DNA of 63,788 nucleotides, the filler included, from Reclinomonas americana ATCC 50394 (Eukaryota), in assembly GCA_048213135.1 (NCBI GenBank). It is 9 parts of 9 records of this genome, joined end to end, with 100 filler letters (N's around TTAATTAATTAA, not from the genome) between each part and the next. Parts side by side here need not be neighbours in the genome. Positions count along the whole stretch, not along the records: positions 18,062 to 27,443 come from AFZH01018069.1; positions 27,544 to 30,501 come from AFZH01018070.1; positions 30,602 to 43,232 come from AFZH01018072.1; 6 more parts are not named here. One strand, 5' to 3'. Below the pieces are notes generated by a model, which saw only the letters and a program-made list of their open reading frames with translations, had not been told where the DNA came from and ran no database searches. A program made the position numbers and the translations under genes. The number at the start of each line of letters is the position of its first letter. Positions within the stretch are counted from its first letter, which is position 1. Below, one piece after another: positions 24,687 to 36,179 of the stretch.

Positions 24687-26406
24687 ATGGGCTACTTGGA
24701 GAACCCGCGGGCCATCCTGGAACACCAGTACGCCGCAGAGGGTTACGTGTGCACGTGCAACTATGTGTGTGTCTGTCTTTTCTCGCCAAGCAAAACATGC
24801 ATGCATTCCGTCTGGAAGCGTGAGTTCTGCGTTCCGTTTCTGCGTGCGTGTGTGCGCGCACGTGCATCTGCCTGTTAGCCTCCTCATCCGCTGCGCGTGT
24901 CGTCTCGTTGTTTTTACGTGGTCGGCGTTGAGTGGAAATGTCGGAACTCACTCTCTCTCTCTCTCTTGCACGTCACAGATCACTCGATCCTCATCCGCCT
25001 GGTGTTTGGCCAGTTCTGGAACCAGACTGTGGTGCCGCGCATTCCGCGATGGATCGCACCAAACGTGATTACGCTGACGGGAAGGTTTGATTGCAACTTG
25101 GTTTCTTGCTGAACTCCGCTCCTGCTTACACAAAAAAACAAAAACGCCTGTGCTCTATTTCGCGCAGTGCGGGTGTGTGGGTCGCTCTCGGACTGTATCT
25201 GTGGTTCGCGCCGACGCTCAGTGAACCGCTGCCGACATGGGTGGTCGTTTTCGCTGCGGTGTCGATCATGTTTTACCATCAGATGGATGCACTCGATGGG
25301 AAGCAGGCACGACGACTAGGCGCAGGGTGCGTGGCGTTGCAGAAGGGTGGCCTGGGGAGCGATGGCAACAGTAGAGACTCACTGTGTCTTTCTTGTCGCA
25401 CAGCAATTGTCTTGGCGAGTTCTTTGATCACGGATGCGACAGCATGGTCATCACTGTGGTTGTTCTGCTGCTCATTGGCACACTACGACTCGGCGACTCG
25501 TGGGCCGGCGTCATGGTGACAGTGTCGGTGTCATACGTCGGCTTTTACATGGCGCACTGGGAAGAGTACCACACGCACATGATGATTCTCGGCGTGGCCA
25601 ATGGACCCAACGAGGTTTGTGTGTCTCGGCAGCCTGCTGCTCTCTTGCTTTTGCGATAGATGCTGACGTGTGTGATGGCCTTGGCAGGGTGCATACGTGC
25701 AGGCGTCGGTCATGCTGTTCACTGCGGCCGTGGGACCCGACTGGTGGCCGAGCCACGAGAACATTCGCTTCATCACGATTGTGCTGCTGTCGTTTGCTGG
25801 CGTCGGCTACATGGTGGTGCAGAACGTGCTCAACACCATTCCGGTGGTCAACCGGGAAAAGCCGCCACACGGAAAGCGACCGTGCGTCTTCTTCATTTCT
25901 GCTCACTGTTGTCTTCATCCGCACGCTCATTTTCGCACGACAGTGTGCTCGGCGAGGGCTGGATCGATGCACTCTTTGTGCTCATCCCGCTGATTCCGCT
26001 GATCATCTTTACGCCGCTCTTCAAGCTCGCCGCACCGTCGGTGTTTGCCTCGTCTGCGCCGATGGCGTATCTGATGCAGATGCTCATCTTGGCCTACCTG
26101 AACGGCTACCTGCTGGTGTGCCACATGGCGCACGAGAAGTTCCCGCGTTTCCACCCCGTGGCTCTGGTGCCGATTCTGATTCTCGCCAACTGCTAGTTGC
26201 GTGCCCAGCCGACGTGGGGGAGGCTGTTTCCGTTGTCTCAACACTTGCGTGTGCACAGTATTGGACCGCTGGATAACCTGCTGGCGCTGCGTATCGGCAC
26301 GGCCCTCTGCCTGCTGCAGCACGCACATTTCATCGCATGGACGATCCGTACCTTCCAGTCGATCCTCCAGTGCCCGATCCTGACCGTCGACAAGAGCAAG
26401 CAGTGA
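24687..26406 (+). CDS. CEPT1: Choline/ethanolamine phosphotransferase (CDP-alcohol phosphatidyltransferase)
   Basis: PRWIAPNVITLTG, MDALDGKQARRLGA..CLGEFFDHGCDS, FYMAHWEEYHTHMMILG..GPNE. Confidence 0.92.
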
Positions 26407-26698
26407 GCGCTGGTGTCAAGTGGCTAACTAAGTGACCAGTCTCTCTCTCTGCATGTTTTTTTGTGGTGTGTACTATCTATCGTTGCGTCAGCATCGTGGT
26501 CATGAGTTCACTTTCTTTTCTCCTTTGCCACAACACAATCATCACTCGTCGATGGCTGATGGTCACTTAATACGGGGAGCACACACAACGAAGGCCCTCC
26601 CCACCCGTCTTACACAAGTGAGGGGGACATGCAAAAAACACGGCAGATGATACACACAAACAGAGATTGAGAGATAGAGGTAGAGAAAGGCTCCGACG

Positions 26699-27443
26699 TT
26701 AGAAGCAATTGTTGCCTGCCACCGACCGGTACTGGAAGTACTTGACTGTGGCCCACCTGCGTGCACGGTCCGACGAGTCAACAACACCTGCTGTGACAAC
26801 GACAGGCAGCAAACGACGACATACCACCACAGCAGCGCGGCCAGGATGATGAAAATGTGCCACCAGTGGTGACTCGCTCCAAGCAAGTCGAACCGACCCG
26901 GCCACTGTCGCTCGGGCCACCTGCAGCGACACGTGAGCGGATGCTGCCTGCCCGACACATGGCAGAATGGACACGAACGCAACATGGCAAAGTAGAACAC
27001 GAATGCAATAATGTACAGCATGAACATGGACACCATGGGAATGAAGAAGAGGAACACCTCCTCCAACTGCGCACGACAAGGAGAATGAACACAGCGCACA
27101 GCAGGGAATGGTGTTGCAGCGGAGGAGGATCGCGCGCACCGTCGCAATACCAAACAGCCAGTGGAACGTGGGAACCAGGCCGAACAGCGCATTGGCCAGG
27201 AAGAAGAAGGTGCGCACCATGACGAGAGCCGGCCGCCGCGAGATCTGTGGGATGCAAGCCAGCACCAGGCCGACGACGAAGAAGAAGGCCAGGATGCCGA
27301 GGTACACGGCCTGTGCCACCGAGTGGCAGTAGAAGCCGTAGTCTGCACGCACCGTGTTTTAGGGAAGGGAGGGAGGGAGGGAGAGAGAGAGCACACACAC
27401 AAGGGTGACGCAACAAATGCCGGGGAAGCTGGAGCCCATAATC
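26699..27443 (-). CDS. PAQR/haemolysin-III (adiponectin-receptor-like) membrane protein, 5' truncated
   Basis: YGFYCH, FGLVPTFHWLF, WPERQWPGRFDLLGASHHWWHIFIILAA. Confidence 0.9.
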
Positions 27444-27546
27444 NNNNNNNNNNNNNNNNNNNNNNNNNNNNNNNNNNNNNNNNNNNNTTAATTAATTAAN
27501 NNNNNNNNNNNNNNNNNNNNNNNNNNNNNNNNNNNNNNNNNNNGAC

Positions 27547-27547
<1 letters not shown>

Positions 27548-27636
<89 letters not shown>

Positions 27637-27660
27637 CACGCACGCGCACACACACGCACA
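27548..27660. repeat. (CA)n microsatellite
   Basis: Long CA run at the contig edge; similar runs lie at 30408-30450 and 54679-54708. Confidence 0.95.
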
Positions 27661-27714
27661 TATATGCATGACACGACGAGACGATTCACATGACTCCCTC
27701 TCTCTCTCTCTCAG

Positions 27715-28139
27715 TGCCTTTGAGTTTGGTGGCGTGCGTGCTACGCCGTGGATTCTCGTGTACAGTGTCGGCACCGAGGCCAAGATGCTGTCGCAGCTGG
27801 TGTTTGAGTTTACGCACACGCGCGGCAACATTCGCGCCCTCAAGTACACCACCTACTATCAGGATGTGGACCCCGATCGACCTGTTGGTACGCGCTGTTG
27901 CTTGCTTGCTTTCCCGCGTGCCCCACCGTGTGTTCTTCTCTCATGAGCGGCGTGAGGCAGTCGGTCACCGCGTGTCGGTGGTGTACAAGTGGATCGACGA
28001 GGCCTCCGATCCCGACTTGTCGTACGCCTCCACGTTTGTCGCCTTCCTCGGTCTCGTCGGCTGCGTGGCCATTGGGTTCATCATCTGGCGCGACTCGGGC
28101 CGCCAGATGCGCACCATGAAGAACAACTTCAACGCATGA
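27715..28139 (+). CDS. 3' part of a small single-pass membrane protein (weak resemblance to the plant NPU/At3g51610 family)
   Basis: Two exons: AFEFGGVRATPWILV..DPDRPV and GHRVSVVYKWIDEASDPDL, then a TM segment FVAFLGLVGCVAIGFIIW. Confidence 0.5.
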
Positions 28140-28197
28140 TAGAGGAAGACACACATGTCGCCTGCAGCGCAAACGACGACAATAACAACAAAGGAAT

Positions 28198-28228
28198 TCA
28201 TCGTCTCTTTCTCTTCTTCTGTGGTGGT

Positions 28229-28263
<35 letters not shown>

Positions 28264-28841
28264 CTTTTGCGTGCCGCGTGGGGCGAGGGCGGCCACCTGC
28301 TGCGCGGACCACTGCCGTGACGAGGGCGCAGTGAGAGTGGCGAGGAACGGCGACACACGGTCGACGACCAGCTTGCAGGCGCGCCCGGCCACCTCCGACA
28401 CAAACGTCAGTACCGACCACGCCTTGGTCACTTGCCGGCGATCGGAGAGCACCAGAATGGCATTGCGCGTGCTCTCGTCATAGTGTAGCACATCGAGGCA
28501 GCACGATGCCGCCCCGACCACGCCGAGCGTCGCGCGCAGTGTCTCCGCCATGAGCTGTGCAAAGCGAGCGCGAGAGACCTCCACATCGCGTTCTGCGCGG
28601 CCGAAGACTCTGCGCGGGGAGTGAGTGCGAGGTGTTGAAGACGCAGTAGGCATGCGCGCAACAGTGTGCATTTGAAAAACACGCGTGATGGTCGCCACGA
28701 CCGACGCTGCATGGAGCCTGCAGAGCTCTCCTCCACTTCTGCGTCCTCCATCTCTCTCTCCTCTGCAGGCTCGTCATCGGCACTCGAACCGGAGCTGTGC
28801 ATGCGGTCGTCGCCGTCGTCGTCTTCTCCGTCGCTTTGCAT
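28198..28841 (-). CDS. RPP14: RNase P/MRP subunit RPP14/POP5-family protein
   Basis: TLRATLGVVGAA..LDVLHYDESTRNAIL..KAWSVLT..CKLVVDRVSPFLATL matches the RPP14 pattern; acidic N-terminal extension. Confidence 0.75.
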
Positions 28842-28953
28842 GTGGATCAAATAAACAGGCCTAAACACAGGACCTTTTTTGTTGCAAGGACGACGTTTTT
28901 TTAATACGTAAGGATTGGGCCCACGTGCCCCACGTCGCAGCCGGGCGGGCGGC

Positions 28954-30400
28954 TCACCGAATGCGCCCTCGCTTCAGTCGTTTTACGCGTTCTAGTAGGC
29001 CTTCGAGGTGGATCGGAGTCCAGGAGGTGGAACCGCTTTGCGCATCCGTATCTTGCGCATACACCAGATCCTTGTCGAGGAACACCGTGACGCCGCCAAA
29101 GCTGTACAGCTGGCGGCCCTCGTGCCTGGCGTTCTGCTTGGGCATAAACAACACCTCATTCTCCTCGGCGTGCAGGCAGGCAACACAAAGAGTCAAGGAC
29201 GACAGGGGGGGGGGAACAACATGACACGCGGATGAAGAAGCAAACACAAAGGATATGAATCGCTCGACCACGTCCTTGATGCTGACGGTGGCACGCTGGC
29301 GTGCGTAGTTCCGCAATGCTTCGGCCTCGGCAGCTTCACGCTCCAACGCACGATGGCGCTCCACGTCGGAGGTGGCAGCGGCCACGCGAGGCCGCAAATG
29401 GGCGTCGGAGATGGGCTGATTGCTGACGGCCTGGTTCATCATGGCCAGCGCCTGCGTGAACTTGGCACGCACCGGCTCGAGTTGGGCCACGGCCTCTGGG
29501 AACAGCGACTTCCAGCCGAGGTACCACCGTGTGACCTCTTCGTAGTTGGGCTGACTCTGCAACCACGTGTACAGCACGTGGAACCACTTGGGGAAGAAGT
29601 TGGCGTCCAGGATCGCCACCATTTGATGCTGCGAAGACAAGGCACGCCATCTCGTGAGTCACATAGACGAGGCGGGCATACGAGGCGGTGGTGGTGATGC
29701 TGATGATGCAACGCACCGGGAACAACATGTCGGCCCAGAGCATCACCCACTGGAAGCGCTCGATGCGCTGGTCCTTTGGGTTGATTTCGAGAGCGTCCAT
29801 GGCAAGCGCCAGCTTTGGCACAATGCTGCGTCCCAGCAGCGCCTCCAGCGACGCGACATCAAACACATTCTTCCACGGCAGCAGAATCACGTGTGCCGAT
29901 GAGTCGGATGGGTGCCACTCCTGCAGCGCCTGTTGCATTTTCGTGCGAATCGTACTAAAGATGCCGTGCGTCTCGAATTGCCGATCTGCAGACACGCACA
30001 CAGGCGCTTCAGCGACTACTCATGGAAGGGGAGGGAAGGGCACACGAACCAAAGAAGGTGAGCCACGGCAGCACCCACGAATGAATGGGCACCGAGTCCA
30101 GCCGCGGATTCCACTCGTCCACCGTCATGCGCAGCTTCGGCAGCACCACCTGCTCGAGAATGTAGCGCAGAATCGGATGTGGCAAGAGGCCACTGAATGC
30201 CTCGACAATGTACAGCGCCGGGTCGGGGTCGCGGGGGTCCCACAAGTTGCTGCGCAGAGGCGATTCAGCAGGTTAGAGAAAACAAAAAACAATACGATCA
30301 TCATCGTGCGGGTCGTCAACTCACCACAAGGCAGAGCGGATTCGATGCAGCACAACTTCGCTGATGAGCTGCGTATATGGTCCCTTGCGATCTGCGGCAT
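28954..30400 (-). CDS. TFIP11: Tuftelin-interacting protein 11 (Ntr1/Spp382), 5' truncated
   Basis: LEQVVLPKLRMTVDEWNPRLDSVPIHSWVLPWL, WHPSDSSAHVILLPWK, FFPKWFHVLYTWL..PNYEEVTRWYLGWK, HEGRQLYSFG. Confidence 0.93.
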
Positions 30401-30406
30401 CTGACG

Positions 30407-30455
<49 letters not shown>

Positions 30456-30601
30456 TGAGACATGACAAACTCACTACCACTACCAACCCTATTCCTACCC
30501 ANNNNNNNNNNNNNNNNNNNNNNNNNNNNNNNNNNNNNNNNNNNNTTAATTAATTAANNNNNNNNNNNNNNNNNNNNNNNNNNNNNNNNNNNNNNNNNNN
30601 N

Positions 30602-32225
30602 CGACTCCCGCGGTCGATGGACCATCTACCTGGCGTCGTGGTGGATGATTGGCGCCGTGTTCTGCGCGCTGCTGGCACTGCTGACGATCGAGCAGCTCGG
30701 GTGGAGAATTTTCGTGGCCCTGTGTTCCTTGCCGTGCATCCTGTGCGCCTGCTTCTTCACTCTGGTGGTGGCCGGTACGTGCTGGCGGTGTGCGAGTGTC
30801 TCACTTCTGTCGATTATCGATTGCTGATTGGTTGGTGGGCAGAGTCACCAAGGTTCCAGCTGGTGCACGGAAACCTGCAGGGCGCAGTCAAGACCCTCCA
30901 GCACATGCTCATTGTGAATCGCACCGGTCAGCTCGGATGCAAGTTGTGTTTCTGTCACCCCTTTTGTTTGCACGATGCCGTCCGAGCCGTCTCACTGGCA
31001 GAGAAAATTGTATGTCTTGGGCAGGAGCGTCACCAACAGCGCACAGTCCGATCGGCGACTGCGCGAGTTGTGGTTCTCGTCGGTGACCCCGCTCATGGCA
31101 AAAGAGGACGGCACGGGTGCCGGTCATCGCGCCGAGACGCCAATGGCCGACGCCAACACGTCGAATCACTCGGCCAGTGACGAGGAGCTGGAGTCGGCCA
31201 TGTCGGCGGGCAAACCGGCGCAAGTACGCATCACGGAGCGCGAAACACTTCTCGACGACCAACAATGTTGCGTCTGCGTGTGGTGTGCCACCGCGCTCGC
31301 CTCCACGCACGTTCACTGATGGATGGGTGGTCAACGCAGCGACCGATGCCGGCCTGCTCATCTGTGGCAAACGGCGCTGCTTGCACATTGGCTCGGGTGG
31401 CACACGGCGCACCGTGATCTTGTCGTTCTTCCTGCTGTTTGGCGTGTGGTTCTTCCTGTCGTTTGGCTGGTACGGCTTGTTGTTGTGGCTGCCGGAGCTG
31501 CAAAAGCAAAAGGTGACAATGGGAGAGACGGAAAACAGAGGAGGGTGGATTGCTGATTGTTGTCTGCAGGGCATTCCCGACGCCGACGTGTACGTCAACA
31601 ATGTAATTGTGGCACTCGGCAATCTACCCGGCAACCTCGTGTCGGCGTGGCTGGTCGAGGCGATTGGGCGCAAGTGGACGCTCGCGTGGTCCATGGTGTT
31701 GGGGTGCGTGCGTGCGTGCATGAGTCACCGTGCGTGTTTTTGTTGCTGATCAGGCACCGCAGCTGCGTGAGTGTGTTTGCCTTCTTCCTCGCCGAGTCCA
31801 CATGGGGTGTGGTGATTGCCGCCACCGTCTTCAATGCCGTCTCCGTTGGTGGATGGAATGTGCTCGACGTGTACTCGGCCGAACCGTTCCCCACCACCAT
31901 CCGCTCCACCGCCATGGTGCGCTGACCTGCCATTCTCACTGTGTTGTGTGTATCTCTGACGCTAGCTCGGCAGGGCACCCTGAGTGCCGGTGGCCGTATC
32001 GGCGCCATTGTGGCCACGACTCTGGCCGGCGCGCTGATCGAGACGCACGTCTCCGTGGTGCTCTTGGTCAACTCGGTCGCCGTGCTGATTGGTTGCCTGT
32101 GCGCACTGGTATTGCCGCGCGACATGGCGCACCAATACATGGCCGACACCACCATGCACACACCGGAGACAGCAGAGCATGCACCCGCGGCCGTCGAGAA
32201 CGGCGACGGTGTGATTAGAATCTAA
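30602..32225 (+). CDS. MFS transporter, SV2/SVOP-like, 5' truncated
   Basis: GWRIFVAL, ESPRFQL, SFGWYGLLLWLP, LVEAIGRKWTL, GGWNVLDVYSAEPFPTTIRSTAMG..GRIGAIVA. Confidence 0.9.
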
Positions 32226-32434
32226 ACCTGCGGTGTTTTGTTGATATTGTTCAAGTGAATGAGTTTGACACATATGCATGCACATGTCGGCGTTGTCGGA
32301 GCTTGCCAGGTGCGTCGACGTGCCATGGTTAACGCCTGGCAAGCTGCGAGACCGGTGTACCATCACCACCACAGCACGTCGCGTGCATGTCCTTTCATCA
32401 AAGTCCGTCCAGCACACGTCAAGTTCGCAACCGA

Positions 32435-34219
32435 ATGGGCTGTGCAGGCAGCTCACGAGCTGTTGCGTGCCCGCCTGCTTACTTCTCTCTCTCACACACA
32501 CTGTGTGCATCCTTACGGATGATGATGACGAGCATGCATGCATTTTCTCACCTCCGTGCATGCAGGACGACCCTGGTGTCATCATGGCAGGCTATCTGCT
32601 CAAAGAGGGTGTGTGTGCGCGCTTGCACTTGTGTGTGCATGTGTGCATGTGTATACACATCGCCTCATCGTGTGAATGCACAGGAGAAAAAGTCCGCACG
32701 TGGAAACGACGCTTTTTTGTGTTGCGCGGTCGCACTCTGCGCTACTACCGTCGCCAAACAGTGCGTGTGTGTGTGTGTATCAGAAGTGGCACAGAGAATG
32801 AGACTTGCTCATCTTGCATGCAGTCACAACAACCACTCGGAGAGATCGATGTGCCGTCGGTGCCTGTGCTGCGTGGAGCCATGAGACCGGTTGCGTGCAC
32901 AGCTCTACACTCGCTGGCTGGTGCAGTTGCTTACCATGTGCACTTGTGTGTGCAGAATGCACTGGTGTTGCGCACGCCTTCGCGCTGGTACTTTGTGGCC
33001 TCGGAGCAGGCCGACGAACGAGAGATCCTCACGTGGCAGCGGGCCATTGAGGCACAGCAGAGGGTGCGTTGGTGCTCGGCGTGATGTGCACCGGTTGTGT
33101 GTGTGTGTGTGTGTGTTCTTCGCTCACCGCGCTGCAGTTGTACGAGACGCCGGCTGAGACTGCGCGACGCGAGGAGGCCATTGCGCGTGAGGTTTGTCAG
33201 TTGTTTGTTGTTTGGCGACGACCGACAGCCCTTATCGCTCTCTCGTGCCTATTGCAGAAAGAGCTGGGGACGTCGACCGACAGCGCCATCATCAAGAGCG
33301 GCTCATTGTACTCGGACGAGGACAGTGGTCAGCGGTGGGTGGTGCTGCAGGGCACCGAACTCACCGTGTACAAGAAACTCGGGGTACGTGTGCCTTGCGT
33401 GTAGCTTGTTCTTCTTCCAGCCGGGCACCAACCAACCGCGGGTGCGCGCAGGGCAAACGTCTGCAGCGCTTCCACTTGGAGGGTGCGCACATTCACTGGC
33501 TGCGCGTGGAGCAGGGCCGGAGAACGCTGCGCTTGGTCGACTCGTTCCAGCGATTCGTGTTGCTCTCCGACCGCATGTCCAATCGGCAAAACATCAACGA
33601 GTGGTTCTTGGCCATCCAGGCGCAAATCAAGCGCGCCACCGTGGCCAACACTCCGCGCAGTCCGTTTGCGGCCCTGTCGCAAGGCGAAGGCGACGAGTCG
33701 TTCCGGCGTCTCAGTGGCGTTGATTTCGAACTTGCTCCGCTGCAACCCTCCTCCATGTCGTCTTCGTCGGCGTCGGCCGCCGCCGTCGCCGGATCGCCAA
33801 CACCACCGACGTCTCTCATCAACGCCTCGCCCCGCGCCTCGGCCGCGTCGCGTCACGACTCGCTCCAAGCCGCAGCACCGCCTCCGGCACCCATACCGCA
33901 AGAACGCACTTCTTTTGGTTTGTTTCCTTCCAGCTCGCCGTGCACCCATTGCTTGTTTTTCATGTTCACGCTGTTGATCTCCCACAAAGTGTCGTCACCA
34001 CCACCACCTGCGGTCACGCGCTCTGCGACAGTTCGCGTCGGTGAGCCGGGCTGTTGTTGCATGTCGCTGTTTTCTTATTGCAGACGCTGATGTTATTCTC
34101 TTTTGTGTGCGTGCGCGCGCGCAGCCAAGCAAGCAGCTTCTCAGGACTTCGACTCGGTGGCCAGAAGGAGAAGCAGTGGAGACGTGACACGCTACGTAGC
34201 CTTTGAGGACAGCAAATGA
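32435..34219 (+). CDS. Tandem PH-domain protein with N-terminal MGCxxS acylation motif
   Basis: MGCAGSSRA spliced to MAGYLLKEGEKVRTWKRRFFVLRGRTLRYY..PLGEID..TPSRWYF..W; a second PH-like domain IKSGSL..QRWVVLQGTELTVYK..INEWFLAIQ. Confidence 0.8.
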
Positions 34220-34268
34220 AGCCGGCAACCATTCGTCCTCGTTTCTCTTTGCGTGCTTCTACAACTGT

Positions 34269-36133
34269 TTAATACTCGGGGAACGTCGGGTCGACCTCTC
34301 TGCTCCACGCCTGCATGCCGCCCGCCACATTGTACACACGGAGGAAACCGTTGTCGAGCAGCAGCCGGGTGGCACGCACGGAATCAATGCCGCGCCGACA
34401 GACGACAAACACTAAAGAAGGAAGGGAAATTACGACGAGTGCACAAACAACGGACTCGCCAGCAAACATACCCGATGGAGGTGACGCATCCTCGCCAACC
34501 TCGCTGCGCACTTCATCCACCCACTGCGTCAGCTCCTCTAGTCGAGTTGAAAGCGTCGCCAGCGGTACATCTGCTCACAGCCGTGTCACCACAAAGACAC
34601 TTGCAGCCCCCAGACACGGTGCATCGCAACTCCTCGATCCCTGCAGTGCGGCCATGGCGAATTGCGTTGGGCCACGCACGTCCAGCAGCACATGCGGCTC
34701 CACCTGTACGCGACTGGCAAACTCGGTGACAGACACGTGGTGCTCGGCTGGCACTTCGGGGAGGTTGGTGGGCCGCAGGGTGCACTCCTTGGTCACACCG
34801 TACGCCACCAGCGACGAGATGGTCGGATCGTCACCTGGCCTCAGCATGAGTGCACTCAGTTCGTCTTCCTCTGGTCTCTCTCTCTCTCTCCCACATACCG
34901 CACACGGCGCAAGCGCGATTCCGTGGTCGCGTCCGCACAGTTCGAAACGACGGCTCGAGACCGTCGTAGATGAGCATGCGCTCCGACAAGACGTTGCCGA
35001 CTCGCGCAATGACCTTGATCGCCTCCAGTGCCTGCAGGCAGCCCATCACACCCGGCACAGGCCCCACCACACCACCGTCAGCACAGTTGGTGACAGCCGC
35101 CGCCGGTGGTGGCTCCGGAAAGAGACATCGGTAGCACGGACCGCGCACGTCACCCAACGCATGGCCGTACACGGTCAGCTGTGGAATTGCGCAAGCGTCA
35201 GGTGACACACATAGGCAGAAGAAGGCTCCTTTGTCTGTGGTATGTTCACCTGTCCTTGGAATCGCAGCGCTGACGCCGAGATCAGCGGCTTGCCTCGCAG
35301 CGCACAGGCGTCGTTCACCAGGTACCGCGTCGCCACATTGTCGGTGCAGTCGAGCACCACATCGTACCTGCAGTGTGTGGCGGTGAGTGCGTGTGTCGGA
35401 CTGCGTGGAAGCTTTGGCGAAACGCACCCCTCGACAATGGCCAGTCCATTGCTTTCCACAAATCCCTCATTGTACGTGTCGACAGCCACCAGTGGATTCA
35501 GGCTGGCGACGCACAGTCAGCACACCGTCATCGGAACTTCAACAACGCCAACAACAATAAGAGAGACCTCTGCACAGCCATCTTGGCGGACTCGGCCTTG
35601 GGCACGCCGACCCGATCACTAGGGTGAATCACCTGCCGGTGCAGGTTGCTGGCGTCGACACAGTCCTGATCCACAATGCCGACTCGCCCTGCACGCCGCG
35701 CATGTCAGAGACACCAGAGACTCCGAAAATGGACGCAGCACAACAACGTCGCACCAACACCAGCTCCCGCCAAGTACAGAAGCGCTGGCGAACCGAGTCC
35801 ACCAGCACCCACCACCAGCACCGCAGCCTCCTTTAGTCGCTGCTGGCCTGTGATCGCAAGTCACGCGCCCAGTTGCCTCTCCAAACCCACGCACACACAC
35901 ACAGACGCACCAGCGACCCCAAAGTTCGGCAACAGCAGCTGCCGACTGTAACGCGACACCTCGGCCGGCGACAGCGCAGCGGCGTGTGTGAAGGCGAGGG
36001 GGCTCACCAGTGACTCACATTCGCGAACTTCCGCCCGTGGTGGTGCGTCTTCCAAGGATGCTCGCAGCGAGGCCAGCTCCTCCTCCAACTCGCAGATGCG
36101 ACGGCGACGACGCGCGTGCTCCTCGCTCTCCAT
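34269..36133 (-). CDS. MOCS3: Adenylyltransferase/sulfurtransferase MOCS3/UBA4 (ThiF + rhodanese)
   Basis: [55 protein letters not shown], rhodanese [20 protein letters not shown]. Confidence 0.95.
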
Positions 36134-36179
36134 GTATGACTTGACTGACGGAGGACAGCTCGGTCCTGTGTTTCTTGCA

